NCBI RefSeq assembly: GCF_009914755.1 | Contig: NC_060926.1 | Reading direction: 5' to 3' (one strand) | Origin: the human T2T-CHM13v2.0 reference genome, Homo sapiens | Length of the DNA stretch: 64,000 bases | Part shown: one piece after another, positions 61,544 through 64,000 of the stretch | Layout of the letters: every line of letters starts with the position of its first letter | Numbering within the stretch: the stretch's first letter is position 1 | Program-made: the position numbers and the translations under genes | The notes under the pieces: model-generated | What the model was told of the DNA's origin: nothing | Database searches by the model: none | What the model saw: the letters and a program-made list of their open reading frames with translations, nothing else

Positions 61544-62648
61544 AATGAGAGGAATAAATGGAAGGGGTTGGGATTATAGTATCCAGAATCTAGGAGAACA
61601 CATTCCTAGGAGCTGAGTTTCCCTCCCCTCTCTTAAAATCTCTGATAGATTTGCATTCAGGTTGCTTCTAGAGATGTCAAAAGGGGTTGAAGTCCAGAAT
61701 CAGCTGTGGTTGCTATGTTGCAGGGCCATTGAAGGGGGTCAACTAGGAGGAACAATGTGCAACCAGAAGCAGTAAGTCTTACTCCTTGCCTTCTGCTTTC
61801 AGCAGTGTTTTATTCCTCTCTGTCAGTAACTGTAGAGCCGCAGCCCTAGCTTGTGATGCTGAGAGCTATGAATATTTGGAGCTGAAAGACTACTGCTTGT
61901 TAACCAATGTGGGTGGTATTCCCAGTGGCTCTGGATTATCTAACAAGTAAAAGAGATGCTTTGAGTTTAGGTAATATAACTTTCAAGACAGAAGGGATAA
62001 TAAAAACTAATAATAATGATAATAAATAAAACACTGAAAAAATACCTAAATCTATTAAGCGTGCTTTGCCTGCTCTCTGTTCTCATTCCAGGGTGTGTAT
62101 TTCCTCCCATGGACAATTTTTTGGCACCTTAAGTATTACTTGGATTCACTACAGTCACTTTCTTTTATTCAAAATAAGACAAATTAGGTTCCCACATGGC
62201 TTCTTTTCATAAGTACATGATTAATTCTAACCATAGCAAGCTTAGATAAGTGTTAACTGCCCCCATGGTAGGGACAAATTATCTTCATTCCCTTCTGCTC
62301 CAACTCATTCATGTATGGTTAATTCAAATTAAGAATTGATTATTATCCTAACCTAGGCTCTTACTTTCAGAAATGTAGTGTACAAATGTAAATTAATGGA
62401 ACTGATAACCAATTCTTCCCTTATACGTATACTTCTGAGTCATAAATTAGCATTGTTTCCTGGCTTTGTCTTCTGTTTGTCATTGGATTCTTATTGAGTA
62501 CAACGTTCTCTGAACTGAACTCATTAACACAATTTAAATTTTACATGCATTCCTTGGCAAAGATCGGGGGGAACAGACATTATGTTAATGGGTCAATAAT
62601 GTGAGTGTCAGATTGGTTGAAAAATATACACTCAAAGGTCAAGAGGCA

Positions 62649-63041
62649 CGTATTGGTTTTTTAGGGCTGCCATAACAAAATACCACAGAATGGGTGGTTT
62701 AAACAAACAGAAATTTATTTTCTCACAGTTCTTGAGACCAGAAGTCCAAAATCAAGGGGAAAGTACGGCTGGTGTCTGGTAAAAGCTCTCTCCATGGATG
62801 GCACATGAATATTATCTCCCTGTGTGTTCACATGACCTCTTCTTTATGCATAGAGGGAAAGTGAGCAAGCCCTGTGTTGTCTATTCTTATAAGAACACAA
62901 ATCCTATGGGATCAGGGTTCCATTTGTATGACCACAGTTAACCTTCATTTTCCCCTTAGACTCTAACTTCATATATGGCCACACTGGAAGTTAAATCTTC
63001 CACATATGCATTTTAGGACAACAAACATTCAGTCTATGACA
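62649..63041 (-). mobile_element. MLT1A-type solo LTR
   Basis: agggctgccataacaaaataccacaga...aacattcagtctatgaca. Confidence 0.85.
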
Positions 63042-63213
63042 AGGCAGGAAAGACACACTTTTCTTTGTCTCTCTTACAATCAAAACAAGAGTTTGTTTGG
63101 TAATGGCTTTTATTTTCTTTTGTAGGTCTCTACCTAATACAAAAAAATCTATTTTCAACCTTTTTATTATTTTGCAAGAATTGTAGATAGTAATTCAATT
63201 AAGTCTAAAATAA

Positions 63214-63583
63214 TATCTTAGTTAGTTCAGGCTGCCATAACAAAGTATGGTGAACTAGGTGGCTTATACACAACAGACGTTTATTCCTCTCAGTTCTGGG
63301 GGCTAGAAGTCTGATATCAGAGGACATGGCCAGCCTTATTGGGTTCTGGCAAGCACCCTCTTCCAGGTTGTCGGCTGCCAACTTCTCTTTACGTTCTTAC
63401 ATGGGGGAAGGAGGGCTAGAGTGCTTTTTGCTGTCCCCTTTATACAGATACTAATGCCATCCATGAGTGCTGCACCCTCATGACCTAAGTACCTCACAAA
63501 GGCTACAACTCCTAATACCAACACATGGGGTTTAGGATATCAAAATGTGAATCTGGGAAAGTCACAAGCATTCAGTTCATAAC
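63214..63583 (-). mobile_element. MLT1A-type solo LTR
   Basis: ttcaggctgccataacaaagta...gcattcagttcataaca. Confidence 0.85.
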
Positions 63584-64000
63584 AAATAACATGATTACAC
63601 CAGACCAGAAATGATCCACATTGGTAACAGAAACAAAAGCTGACCAAAAGTGAGCATTTTTACTTTGAGGAAAATATTGCTTGTCTTGTGTTTGCACTTG
63701 TGACATTCATCCTTGTACTAGACCAACAGGAAGGACATTTTCTACATAAAGTATTTTTACATGTAACTTATGGAGTAATTTGTGTAAGGTTAGCAGTTTG
63801 GCAGTTGAACGTTGAAGAACACTAAAGGAAATATCCTTTAGTAAAATGCAGCAATTAAAGAAACAGGTTCATTTGTATGTGAAGCAATTGCTGAGAAGTA
63901 CAAGGTTATTTTGCTTAAAAAATAGCAAAATACCAAAATATATCAAGTTATTGTAAACTTTCTCTCTTTTTCACATTTACCCATGGTAACACACACGCAA

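Noticed and set aside
62649-63583. Two MLT1A LTRs as the ends of one provirus
   Set aside because: They are only ~170 bp apart, have no internal MaLR sequence and are clearly divergent, so they are better explained as independent solo LTRs.

Overview
AT-rich, repeat-dense primate genomic DNA, most likely human because it carries three AluYa5-type elements. I find no supportable protein-coding exon, intact RNA gene, CpG island or CRISPR array. Every listed ORF I examined is an Alu, L1, LTR or microsatellite by-product or a chance ORF, so the window looks intergenic or deep-intronic. Content: about 14 Alu/FLAM copies, a full-length but dead L1PB-type element (about 32160-38785), several truncated L1PA/L1M pieces, MaLR and ERV solo LTRs (some nested), MER58-type DNA transposons and a 5' fragment of 5S rRNA. 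I see no convincing new biological system. The most unusual signals are mutational: (1) an AluYa5 with a perfect 74-bp target-site duplication; (2) three same-orientation Ya5-type Alus within 27 kb; (3) four locally templated inverted or direct insertions between 37.3 and 48.6 kb, including two long hairpins; (4) a 3'-truncated 5S rRNA retrocopy; (5) a minimal twin-primed L1. Repeat subfamily names come from remembered consensus sequences, and boundaries of old repeats are approximate.
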